Shown here: positions 12,629 to 23,360 of the stretch, one piece after another | Position numbering within the stretch: position 1 is the stretch's first letter | Layout of the letters: every line of letters starts with the position of its first letter | Assembly (NCBI RefSeq): GCF_018977255.1 | Contig: NW_024704774.1 | Location: 1,054,001-1,118,000 of the forward strand | Source of the DNA: Callorhinchus milii | Lineage: Eukaryota | DNA length: 64,000 nucleotides | Direction: 5' to 3' | The notes under the pieces: generated by a model | The model's input: the letters and a program-made list of their open reading frames with translations, nothing else | Told to the model about the DNA's origin: nothing | Database searches by the model: none | Position numbers and translations under genes: made by a program

Positions 12629-12731
12629 AGTTTTTGTACCTTGTGGAATGAGATCTGAGTGTCCGTGGTACATTGGAAAACAGAAACGAAAGATGGATCA
12701 GAAACCAAAGTAACTGTAACAAAACGTGAGT
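12629..12731 (+). CDS. NAR-TCR J segment (coding 12668-12725) with 5' 23-RSS and splice donor
   Basis: AGTTTTTGT-23-GTCCGTG, then VHWKTETKDGSETKVTVTK + C|GTGAGT (phase 1). Confidence 0.8.
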
Positions 12732-13744
12732 GGGAATAAATTCTATTGACATAAAACAAAACTTTATTAACCTGCATTTGTAAAACGCATTATTCGAAAT
12801 AGTTGCTCCCAATTATCTGCAACTTTGCTATTTGCAACTGTTCTATTGAAGCAATCCACTTGACCAACCGTGACAATCTCTATGTTTTTGATGTGGAAAA
12901 GTTTATTCTGTTTCCACTACGAAGCGTATTTTCTCAATTGACCTACTTTTATTTCCTTGTTTCGTAAAGTCACTGATTTTCTCTGGAGAGTAATTGCAAA
13001 GGACTATGCGCAGAGGACCTATTTCGTGTAAATTCGGGTAATCAATAGCCTTTGTCAGATAGAAATATTGTCCCTAATCTCCTCTGTTCTCCCGAGGGGA
13101 AAGAGAAGGCGATCTAATCGGAACTGAATTGGCTCCAATGTGACATGAGTTGGAAGAACAGATCAATAAGTGAGGTTAGCTTCCTTCACCACTCTGCTCC
13201 CATTACACCTGCTGGGAAAAGTGCAATAAATGGTAGGAGTTTTCAAGCTGGACAGGACATGCAGCGGATTAGTTGATCAGACAAATTATTTTCATAAAAG
13301 CGTGTCATGGCGCTTTCTTGTTTGAACAACGTGTGAATATTTGATGCAGGCGCAATGTCATGTTGGCACAGAATTCACAATTTGGTTAATTTTAATACTG
13401 ATGGCTTCTGACCCAGTTGAGCAAAGTATAAACATTGCATCGTTAATTATTTAAGCACAGATTGGGGCCATTCAGACATTTTGAAGAGCTAACAGTCAGT
13501 CCCTTTCACCACAACATTTTTACTCATACATTTAGAAATGTATCCTGTGTTGCCAACATATTCGGAGATAGAAAGTAGATAGCGCACCAGTGGTGATTTG
13601 TTTCTGTTAACTCTCTCGCTAGTTCAAATTACTGATGTACACTATAAATGTTATCCTGGAGCTTATAATTATAACTTGCGCATACATAGTGCATTTTTCC
13701 ATCTGGAGAGCATCCGAAACAAATGCATTGAGCCGGTTCGTGAA

Positions 13745-13885
13745 CGAAAGAAATTCCACTGAAAGAACGACAGAAAGATAATAAGATGGAAAGAAATAAA
13801 GAAAGAAAAGAAAAAAGAAAGAACGAAATAAAGAAAGAGAGAGATAATGAGATCGAGAGAGAGAAAGAGAGAAAGATAGAAAGGG
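13745..13885. repeat. (GAAA/GA)n purine-rich low-complexity tract
   Basis: Directly visible. Confidence 0.8.
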
Positions 13886-14344
13886 AGTGACATACACAAA
13901 ACCCTTCGCTGATGGCACAAGTGGAACTGAAATGAGCAGTTCACAGACTGAGAGCAACTGATATTGGCAACAAACCAGAGGTTAAACCTCCTCCAGCAAC
14001 GATGTTAAAGAAACGACATTTACAGCAGGAAACTTTCCATTTGCCTCAACTGTAAACCCTCCGAGTTAATGTTACAAAACTGACACCTGGTTCTCTGCTT
14101 AACATTCCCATGATCACAGACACCCAAAGCCTCAATGTGGATTTCACCACAGCAAACAAGTATAAGATTACACAAACAAAGCTTAATTAAAATGGTGCTT
14201 TTATCGCATATCATAAACGTTGTCATAGAAGTAACGATACGGCTTGTGTCTGCACTCAAGTGTCTCATTTTCAAGAGCTCGCTATTTTAGTGCATTAATC
14301 TGCTCTTTCTAACATTGTTAGTAAAAGCATCCTTACATTTAGTA

Positions 14345-14850
14345 TAGACAAATTCCATGCCTTGGGCAGGGAGAAAAGGGAATTTACCAGAATGATTTCT
14401 GGGAAGAGAGAATACATTTTATGAAAACAAAAGTGCCTGAAAATGTTCTCCTCAGAGAACTGAAGTTTTACTGGTGAACACATGCCAGTTTTGAAACTTG
14501 TGAGAGTTTTCTTATGCAGTAGAGAATGAGAAATGGTTTCGTTTGTCAAGTGGGTCAGCAACCACGAATCGCAAGTTGAAGATAATTGGTCAAAGGTTCA
14601 GAGTGGAGAGAAGGAGAAATTATTTCAAATGAATGTTGCTACTAACTGCAAAGCACTGCCTGAAAGAGTGGTGGGAAGCAGATTCGATAATATATTTCGG
14701 AAGGGAAAGGGAATAGATGCATCAATAGGAATGATAGAGTGTTATGCGACACGAGTGGGTGAGTCGGGTTTAATTGAACAGCTCGTTTAAAAAGAGCCAA
14801 TACAGGCAAGAAGGGCCGAATGTCCTCCTTCTGCATAACTCCATAATTCT
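14345..14850 (+). mobile_element. CR1-type LINE 3' fragment ending just upstream of the supporting V acceptor
   Basis: Decayed CR1 motifs (FTRMI..., KALPERVVG...) and CR1-like 3' end. Confidence 0.8.
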
Positions 14851-14877
14851 AAGTAACCTGTAATTTGCATCCCGCAG

Positions 14878-15179
14878 GATCCAGTTATACAATTTCCCAG
14901 TCACCGCCTGAACAAACCGCTTTTGCTGGTGAGAGGATAAATTTACATTGCCAATATTCAGGATTCTGTGGACAAAATTTCAGCGTCTTCTGGTACCGTC
15001 AGTCCCCTGGCGAGACACTGAAATACCTGCTCTACAGAAACCCCTCAGGAGAGGCAGGAAATTCCAATGGATATCATATTTCTGCTTCTCTTGACGCTGC
15101 CAAGAATATCAGCCTTTTAACCATCGCCGGACTGCGGCTGACAGACTCCGCTATGTATCACTGTGCACTCAGTCTGCAC
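14878..15179 (+). CDS. Supporting TCR-delta V (leaderless V exon of NAR-TCR)
   Basis: Acceptor CCCGCAG|GA phase-compatible with the NAR J donor; SSYTISQSPPEQ...LHCQYSGFCGQNFSVFWYRQ...DSAMYHCALS; extra CDR1 Cys; no leader exon found between 12731 and 14878. Confidence 0.88.
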
Positions 15180-15218
15180 CACAGTGATACACATCATAGG
15201 AAGCCTCGTACAATAACG
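15180..15218 (+). other. 23-RSS of supporting V
   Basis: CACAGTG + 23 nt + ACAATAACG. Confidence 0.9.
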
Positions 15219-16350
15219 CTCATCACAACCAAAGCTGAGAAACAACACAGTAATGTTAGTGACAGTCAATGAACAAAACTCTCTCCCAACTGCCATCATA
15301 CCTTTCACCTTATTGAGTTCATATCAAGTCAAATAAAATATGTGATACACTTCTAACTGAATGTTTGAGATACTTTTCACCGACAGGTAGTAGGTTGTGA
15401 TACATGTTCGTGGGAAATTAGACATGATGAAAATAACAGTTATAACAACTCAATAACAAATAGAATTATTGTTGCGTTTGAATTTCCGTTTCAGCACGTC
15501 ATTGAGACTTCTCAAAGCGCTTCATAGAATATCCTGCAAACTGAATTGACTGTTCACTTTGTAGTAAAAATATATCAGTCAATGTTTTTGTTGGTAAGAT
15601 TGAGCTCCTAGAATGATGCGACATACATTTTCACACAGTTTTTTAAAGTGATATTTTGATGTCAGTGGAGATTTGAACCTCAGTGTTAAGTGAGAGGACT
15701 TGGGTTCGAATCCCAGGCAGTGCGAAAAGTTGGACAAGTTTCTTTACTCAAAACTCGCGTCTCTCTTTTGCTTGCAGTAAGCAGGAAAGCGGTTGTTGGT
15801 CGACTGTCGGATTATTTTCCGAGGTAATAACCCCTGCGAAAATAATTGGCAAACATAAGTTTTGCTACTCAATCTACGATTATTTGTAGCACACTGCTGT
15901 GCATTATAGTTGAAAATATACAACACTCCATCAAATGCAATGATTACAATCACTGATTTGAAATGCCATTGAATGGACAACTGGAATTTAGAAATATATG
16001 GTGTTTGAGGCAGAATTGTGTGTTACTTGACCTACGTTAGAACACAAGGTTGATTTTTTGACAATCCAGCATAGAAAATAAATCTTGGAGATGAAGTAAC
16101 AATAGTCCTTATATATATTTCGGTTTGTAGTGTAACTTAAAGCTCTTCACATAGTTTGACGGTAAAGTTGAGTTGCTATGTGCTTTGAAGGATAACACGG
16201 CAGCACATTTGTGCTGTTAAATACTTTGTGTGTTAAATTCACTGTTATTGGGCCTGATGTGTAAATATATCCCTCTCACCCCGAAAACAATTTGGGCATT
16301 TACCTCTGGCCTCTGCGTGACATTGAATAATATATTCTCTTTGGCTATAG

Positions 16351-16673
16351 GGACAGCGAGTGAACCATCACAGATGGAAGTGTCTGCTACCGTCGGACAG
16401 ACTGCAAACCTGAGATGCAGATACTCTGCTTATTTCACGAATTTTTTTAATGTTCTCGTAGAGTCGGTATCCAGGGGAGCTTCCTCTGTACACGACGAGA
16501 CATGATTATGATGGGACACTTTCCGTGCTGAATTTACAACACATGCCAAATCTGTACATGAGAAGGAAGAGATCCACTGTAGCTGTGTTCCCATTGGCTC
16601 TATCTGACACCAAACATTACTGTGCCATCACACACACTGTGTTATTGTCAGACTACACCAATGTAAATAAACC
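16351..16673 (+). pseudogene. TCR V pseudogene (frameshifted) with RSS 16635-16673
   Basis: EPSQMEVSATVGQTANLRCRYSAY... then frameshift; ...LALSDTKHYCAIT; CACTGTG-23-AAATAAACC. Confidence 0.8.
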
Positions 16674-17685
16674 TCCAAAGAGGAGAGAAAGGGTTAAATC
16701 TCAGCCCAGATGTTAGTCCTGACAGTTGACCTATTTAACAAATTGTGACTTTGCTGCTGTGTCTCTCAGAGGAAACACGTGACTAATTGCCAACCACAAG
16801 CAAACAGCGATAGAGTGGTTCATGTACTGAAAGAGCGAAACAAATATTATTAATCCTTACACTTAATGCAACGCCCTATCACGTCTTCGAGATGTCCCAA
16901 AGCGCTTCACGGAACATATTATAAAGTTACTTGCCTTGCAAATGACTAATAAATACAATCACTAAACTTCAGGTTATATCGCGTGTAATGCTTTGAGACA
17001 TCCCTCTTTAATAATGTGTTTGCTCCTTTGGCAACAGATTTCGGCCCATTTTTCTCAGTGAAGGTGAACTGTGCACACTTCAGTGATATATCGTGTTCTG
17101 GTAATTTTTTTTGTATGAAACATAAGTTAATCGTGTATTGAATTTCATTGCTAACTCTTTATAAATATCATACATCACATTTTTTTTCAATATGAAACTT
17201 TTACAGCTTCTGAATTGATTTCGCAGATTGAAGTTAATTGGCAAAAGAACCTGAGGGGAGACTGACAGCCATTTATTTAATCAATAGACGTGTTACAGTT
17301 TCGAATGTACATCCTGATATTGTGGTGGCAACAGATTCGATAGTAGCTGTCAAAAGGGAATTGGACTGGAACTTACAACTCAAAATAAAATTGCATGGCG
17401 AGGGGGAAAGTTTGGGGAGTGGGACTGATTGTTTAGATCTTTAGTAGAGTAGAAACAGTCACAATGCAGCGAATATCCTCCTTCTGTTCAGCTATGATCC
17501 ACGATCTTATTTTTCTATGGTTTGAGTCATAAAAGAATAATTGGTTGCAAAGTGTTGCTGATCACGAGGACCTCCTGCACTTTACCAATTGGGCGACAGC
17601 ACACGTAGTCACTGCTGGGGCAGGAACCAATCGTCTCAAATATCCTACAAGTAATCAATGGGCATCTGCAGATAGAGTTCAGACG

Positions 17686-18522
17686 ATGTGGGGAATTGTG
17701 ATCTGGGTGATTCTGGCTGTTTTTCTACCAGGTGATCAATTAAGGCAAATAGACGAACTTTAAGACAGTGTTCAAAATTGATTGCATGACTTTCATTGGT
17801 GGAATCTTGTAGATCAGCATATAGACCGCTCACCTCGCAAGCGAGAGATCAGAGTTCCACTCAGGGCGAAACCTTGGGCTTCTTGAATTACTCCACTCGG
17901 AAATTATACGAACCGTTTGTCAGCCAATTGGTGTATCGTTTAATCAATAATTTTTCCAAGAAATAAAATAATAAATTAGTCAGTTAATCTATACTGTTTG
18001 TGGGACACTGCTGTGCGCAATTGGTTGCCAGCTATTTTTTCACAAAATATACATTCAATTCACTTCACAGTATATTCTGTGATGTGTTGTGAAACGTCTA
18101 GAAGACGACAAAATGTGATCTATGAAACGCAGGTTTTTTTTTCTAGCTGTTCATTTTTAATTTATTTTATGCATTTGTTTCAGGTCTGACCCGGGGAGTT
18201 TCTGTACTCAGTCGAACCTTCAGTGACTGAGATAGAAGGAGGCAAGTGACTTTGGAAGTATTATGCTACATCACTGAGCAGCTATTGTTTACACTGGTAC
18301 CGACACTCCCAGGAATCAACCCGAATATATCCTGCAAAGCTGTAGCAATAACTTCAAACATAAAGGGACTTTTGCTAAAACTCGTTTCTCGGATGAGCTG
18401 CAGACCTCGAGAAAATCCAGCAGATTAACCATCTCCCAGTTAGAGCTGTCTGACGCCGCTGCGTATTACTGTGCATTCAGAGCCACAGTGATGGAAACCA
18501 GTCATAGCTTCGTATAGTAACT
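17686..18522 (+). pseudogene. TCR V pseudogene (leader 17686-17731, V exon 18184-18483, RSS 18484-18522)
   Basis: Leader MWGIVIWVILAVFLP G|GT; frameshifted exon with LHWYRH...RFSDELQTSRKSSRLTISQLELSDAAAYYCAFR; CACAGTG-23-ATAGTAACT (degenerate nonamer). Confidence 0.88.
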
Positions 18523-19425
18523 CTCCGAGCTTCGTGAGGTGGCGCTGAGGCGAGCAGTCTGTTTCCAGGAAGTCTGTCTCACAGGAATCAGGTTCACAAC
18601 AAGTCAATCTGTCTGCTGAAGTTTCACATAATTGTCTGTCGCGACATGTACAGCACTTGCTGTGCAGATTGAAGATAATTGGCAACAGGACCAGATGGTA
18701 CATAAGGAGACAATCTTTAAACCAGAGATGTTTTACGATTTTGAATCCTCTCTCTGAAAAGTTGGTGGAACCAGATTCCATAACAGCTTTCCAAAGGGAA
18801 ATGGACGGGTACTCACTCAGGAAAAAAAAACTAAATACAGGGCTATTGGGAAAGAGTGGAGCAGTGGGATCGATTGCTTAGCTCTTTCACATCATCTTCC
18901 CGGTCAGATCTTAAACGACAAGTCTAAAATAGTAACAGAATTGAATATATTTAATAATTACATAATTCTTGCATTTCATACAGCTCCTGATCACGAATTC
19001 GAGGTGTCTCAAAGTGCTTCACAGAATACACAGTCAAGCGAATCGACTGTATATTTTCCGGGCGAATTTCGACAGCCAATTACGCACAGCATTGTCCCAC
19101 AAAAAAGCACAGTGACCAATTATTATTTTTATTTTTATTTGAAGGAATTGTTACGCAGTAAAATCTTTAATGGCATAGATGAGAAACGATGGGCCGAATG
19201 GCCTCCTTCTCTTTGCTATAATCCACGAACTTGTGGTTCTCTTTTTCCAGTCAAATACAAATAATTCATCGGAAATTGGAATGTGTTTCTCAACACATGC
19301 ACTTTTCGCACTTTACCTTTTGAACGACATAAATGAAAGCACACGTTATCACTGCCTGGGCTGGAGCCAATCACCTCAAATACCTCACAGGTAATCAATG
19401 GGCATCTGCAGACAGAACTGAGACG

Positions 19426-20160
19426 ATGGGAGGAATTATGATCGTGTTGGCCCTCGCTGATTTAATGATAGTTAGTCAAATAAGGCCAATCGCCAAAGTT
19501 TCAGACAATGTTCAACATTGATTGCATAGGTTTTATCAGTGGAGTCATGTAGCTCAGTGTTCAGAGCGCACAACCCGCAAGCGAGAGACCCAAGTTGACT
19601 ACCTGTAGGCCAAAATATTGGGCAAGTTTCCTCACTCCACCCACAGCATAATGAACCTGATTGTTATTCTATCGACTAAAAAGGCGGATCGCATTCCGGG
19701 TGCAATAATGCCTTCAAAAACAATTCGTGATAAACTGATCACTTAATCCATGACTTGTTTGTGAGCCACTGGTTTGCGTAATTGGCTGCAGCGTTTCGAA
19801 TGCAAAATGTATTCAACTCACTTTACAGTGTATTCTGTGAAGCTCTATGGGATGTCTGGAAGACTTCGTAAGGCGCTGTATAAAATGTCAGTATTAATTA
19901 TTGATTAAATGTGTTATTTTTAAACTTGTTTTCAGGTCTGACCCGTGGAGATTCCATTACCCATACGGTGCCTTCAGTGACCAAGACAGAAGGGGGACAA
20001 GTGGCTTTGTACAGTAACTAATTTACATCGCTGAGTGGCTATTGATTCTACTGGTACCGACTGAGCAAAGCTGTAGAGGTTACTCCAACCCTGAAGCCGA
20101 TTTCGCTCAATCTCGTTTGATTCACATGAACGAATTGAAAATTTTCGATTTCACATCAAT
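19426..20160 (+). pseudogene. Truncated TCR V pseudogene (leader 19426-19471 with dead donor, exon from 19936)
   Basis: Leader MGGIMIVLALADLMI followed by G|TT; exon GLTRGDSITHTVPSVTKTEGGQVALYSN*...Y*FYWYR with internal deletion; no YYC or RSS; promoter and leader paralogous to 17600-17731. Confidence 0.85.
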
Positions 20161-21674
20161 TAAATTAATCTGCACGAACAGCATCTGACAGTTTCCTCTC
20201 TTGCAGTTCAACAGCTGATCTTTCAGTTTCAAAGACAAAAAGATCTGCTCCACCTGTGGACAACAGAGATATTGCAGACTGGAGAATGGCTTCCTTATCT
20301 GATCGTAATGTTCTCAAAACCCGACATGATAGCAGGGCTGGGGTACTCAAATGTTAACTCTTTATTACTCAAAGCAACACAAAGTTCTGGACAGAAAAGG
20401 CACAATAGTGGAAAATGTTGCTTTATTTACCACAAATGTGCATATATGTATTTCATTCAACAATGATTTCCGGATTCATAATTAATCAGAATATTCCCAC
20501 TGATAAGAAATATATTACAAATATTCCTATTGAGTAAACATCTATGGATAAACAATGGAATTTCTATTATCAGCTTTGAAAAAGATTTCTTACTGATTGA
20601 CGCAAGAGTAGTACTGAAAGGGAATAAAGTGAATGTGTGTCAGTCTGTCTCAGGAGATCAGTAGTACTCTCGTTTTTTATTCAGAAATTTCTGGGATGAT
20701 GCTTCACATTGGGAATAGTTAAGTGCCATTGGACATTTAACTTCCATCTGAACAGTCAGCCAGATCTGATTTGAACGTTGCATGTAAAGGTCCGCACCTC
20801 CAACGATGTAACACAGCCCCATCACTGCATTAGAAATCTAGATAAGGAAATATGATTCCATGTCCCAATATGGGCTTGAAACAACAAACTGCTGACCCAG
20901 AGGTGAGATTGATTCCACTGAGTAAGGCTGCGACATGTCCGTTGGAAATTTCTGTTATCCATCACGTCCAGGATTTTTCTTGGATTCATGATTTCCTTTT
21001 AACACATCCCATCAGTTAATAATACACAAAGTCTGAACCTATTTACGTGTGACCGACATACAGGGTTTATTTACCCAGTTTTCTCAAACAAAACGTTTGA
21101 ATGAGGTATCGTTGAAATAACGTCAATCTGCATAATAAGTTGTACAGATCCTTTCAACAATGTATTCAGATAAGTAATGTATTGTGCTACAATGGTGAGA
21201 ATGGTAATATATACTTCAGTTGGATTTGCGAATGACTGTGTCAGTGTATCTACTGGAAGCATGAAACTATTGAATGTTTTGGTTGTTGGTAATTTGTAAG
21301 ACTATTGATCGGCATCAATTTCAGTAAGTCTATGAATCTGTACACAAACAGGAACCCGATAATCCATTTTCATGACTGATTAACTCTACATGAGTATCAA
21401 ATTTATACATGTGTATGTGAAAACGTTTCTGAGTTTTTCTCATGTTGAGGGCTATTTATACCTTCAAGAAATGTTCTTGTAAAAATTAATAATGTGGTCA
21501 CTCAATCAACAAATGTTTGTGGGACGATGCTCTCTGAAATTTGGTGCCGCATTTACCCAAAACAATATGCAATCAATTCATTTTAAAGTATATTCTGTGA
21601 AGCACTATGAGATGTCCCCTAAAACGTGATAATGCACTGAATCAAACGCAATAATTATTATTAGAATAGCTAGA

Positions 21675-22660
21675 ACAGGCCTGTTATACATAGACAACGC
21701 CTATGATACAGAGACCAGGCCTGTTCTAGAAAACCAGGCCCTGTAATACGGAGAGATTACCTGTTATAAGAGACCTGGCCTTCTGTACACAAACAGGCCC
21801 GATAAACACAAAGCAAAGCTTGATTTACAGATAACCTGCTCTGCAGAGACCAGACACGATATACAGAGACTAGGCCTGTTATACAGAGACCAAGTCTGTT
21901 ATACAGAGTCCAGAGCTGCTGTGCAGAGACAAGGCCTGTTATACATAGACCAGGCCTGTGATGCAGAGACTAGGCATGTTATAGAGATGACCAGGCCTGT
22001 TATAGATTAACCATGCCTGGTATGCAGAAAGCAGGCTGGTTAATACATTGACTCGACATATCCTGTAGAGTCTAGGCAAGTTATATATGGAAGAGGCCTG
22101 TTTACAGGGATGGGACAATTGATACAGAGACCAGATTCGTTATGCTGAGGTCAGGCCAGTTGTGTAGATAATCGGCCTGTTAAAGAGTGACCAGGCCTGT
22201 TATGCAGAGAACAAGCCTGTTATAGAGAAGCCAGGCCTATTATACTGAAACATGCCTTTTATACAGAGACGAGGCCTGCTAAACGGTGACCAGGCCTGTT
22301 ATCAGAAACGAGGTCTGTTATACAGATACCAGCCTTCTAAAAGTGACCAGGCCTTTAAAAAACTGACCAGGTTTGTTATGCAGCGAACAGAATTTTTTTT
22401 TACAGCAACCAGGCTTATTATACAGAGACCAGGCCTACTATCAGAGACGAGGCCTTTTACACATGCACCAGGCAAGTTATACAGGGAACAGAAACAAGCA
22501 CAATACCTGCAGATGCTGGAACCTGAAACAGAAACAGAAAGAGCTCCTATAAGAGATCAGGCCTGTTATACAGATACCGGATATGTTATAATGAGCACAG
22601 ACCTGATATACAGAGAGAACTCTCTCTGATTTTGTACACGGAGACCAGACCTGTTTCAGG
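21675..22660. repeat. Degenerate ~20-bp minisatellite (AGAGACCAGGCCTGTTATAC)n
   Basis: Dozens of imperfect CAGGCCTGTTATA units; 22378-22580 is duplicated at 23363-23565. Confidence 0.85.
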
Positions 22661-23040
22661 CATAACCAAAACCAATTGTACAATAGCAATCTCTTTTTGG
22701 TAAATATTCATGTGAATAAACTGTCAGATATGGTTAACTGCTGACAATCATTCAGTCAGAACAGCAGTTGGAGTTCAACGGTGGAGCTGACGAAGGCAGT
22801 TGTGTGTCATTAGTATTGTGGAGGTGCACCTCATGTCTGTGAAATATATTGCTCAGTGGGAAATTTTAGATAGTGAAGAGGAAAGGGCCTCGGATGAATT
22901 TCTGAAGAGCACCACTCGTGTATGTTTGGAAACAGCAGAAGGAGCCATTTCAAATGCCTAAAAAGTAATGCTAGAATAAGTAAGAGTTAAACTAGGATAG
23001 GACAGAATCTTGAAGGTGGAGCAGAGAGCTGCTGCTTCTA

Positions 23041-23360
23041 ATAATAATAATAATCCCTGCATTTGATACAGCGCTTTTCACATCGGGAGGCCGTCCCAAA
23101 GCGCTTCACAGAACACACTGTAAAGTGAATTGACTGTATATTTGTGGGCGAACGCGGCAGCCAATTGCGCACAGCAATGTCACACAGACAGTCGTCGATT
23201 GAAAATGATCAATTTATTATTGTTTTGGGTTTTCGAGGGATTATTATTAGGCTCTGTGTGGAGTAAGGAAACTTGCCCAAGGTTTCGCCCTCTGCCTGGA
23301 ATTGAACTCAGGTCTCTCGCTTGCAAAGCGAGTGCTCTAACCACTGAGCTACAGGACTCC
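23041..23360 (-). mobile_element. Full-length tRNA-derived DeuSINE-like SINE
   Basis: Reverse complement of head GGAGTCCTGTAGCTCAGTGGTTAGAGCAC through (TTA)n tail. Confidence 0.92.

Noticed and set aside
14863-14870. Ig octamer ATTTGCAT (also 8586-8593, and ATGCAAAT 6918-6925)
   Set aside because: Not upstream of any leader; expected by chance in AT-rich DNA
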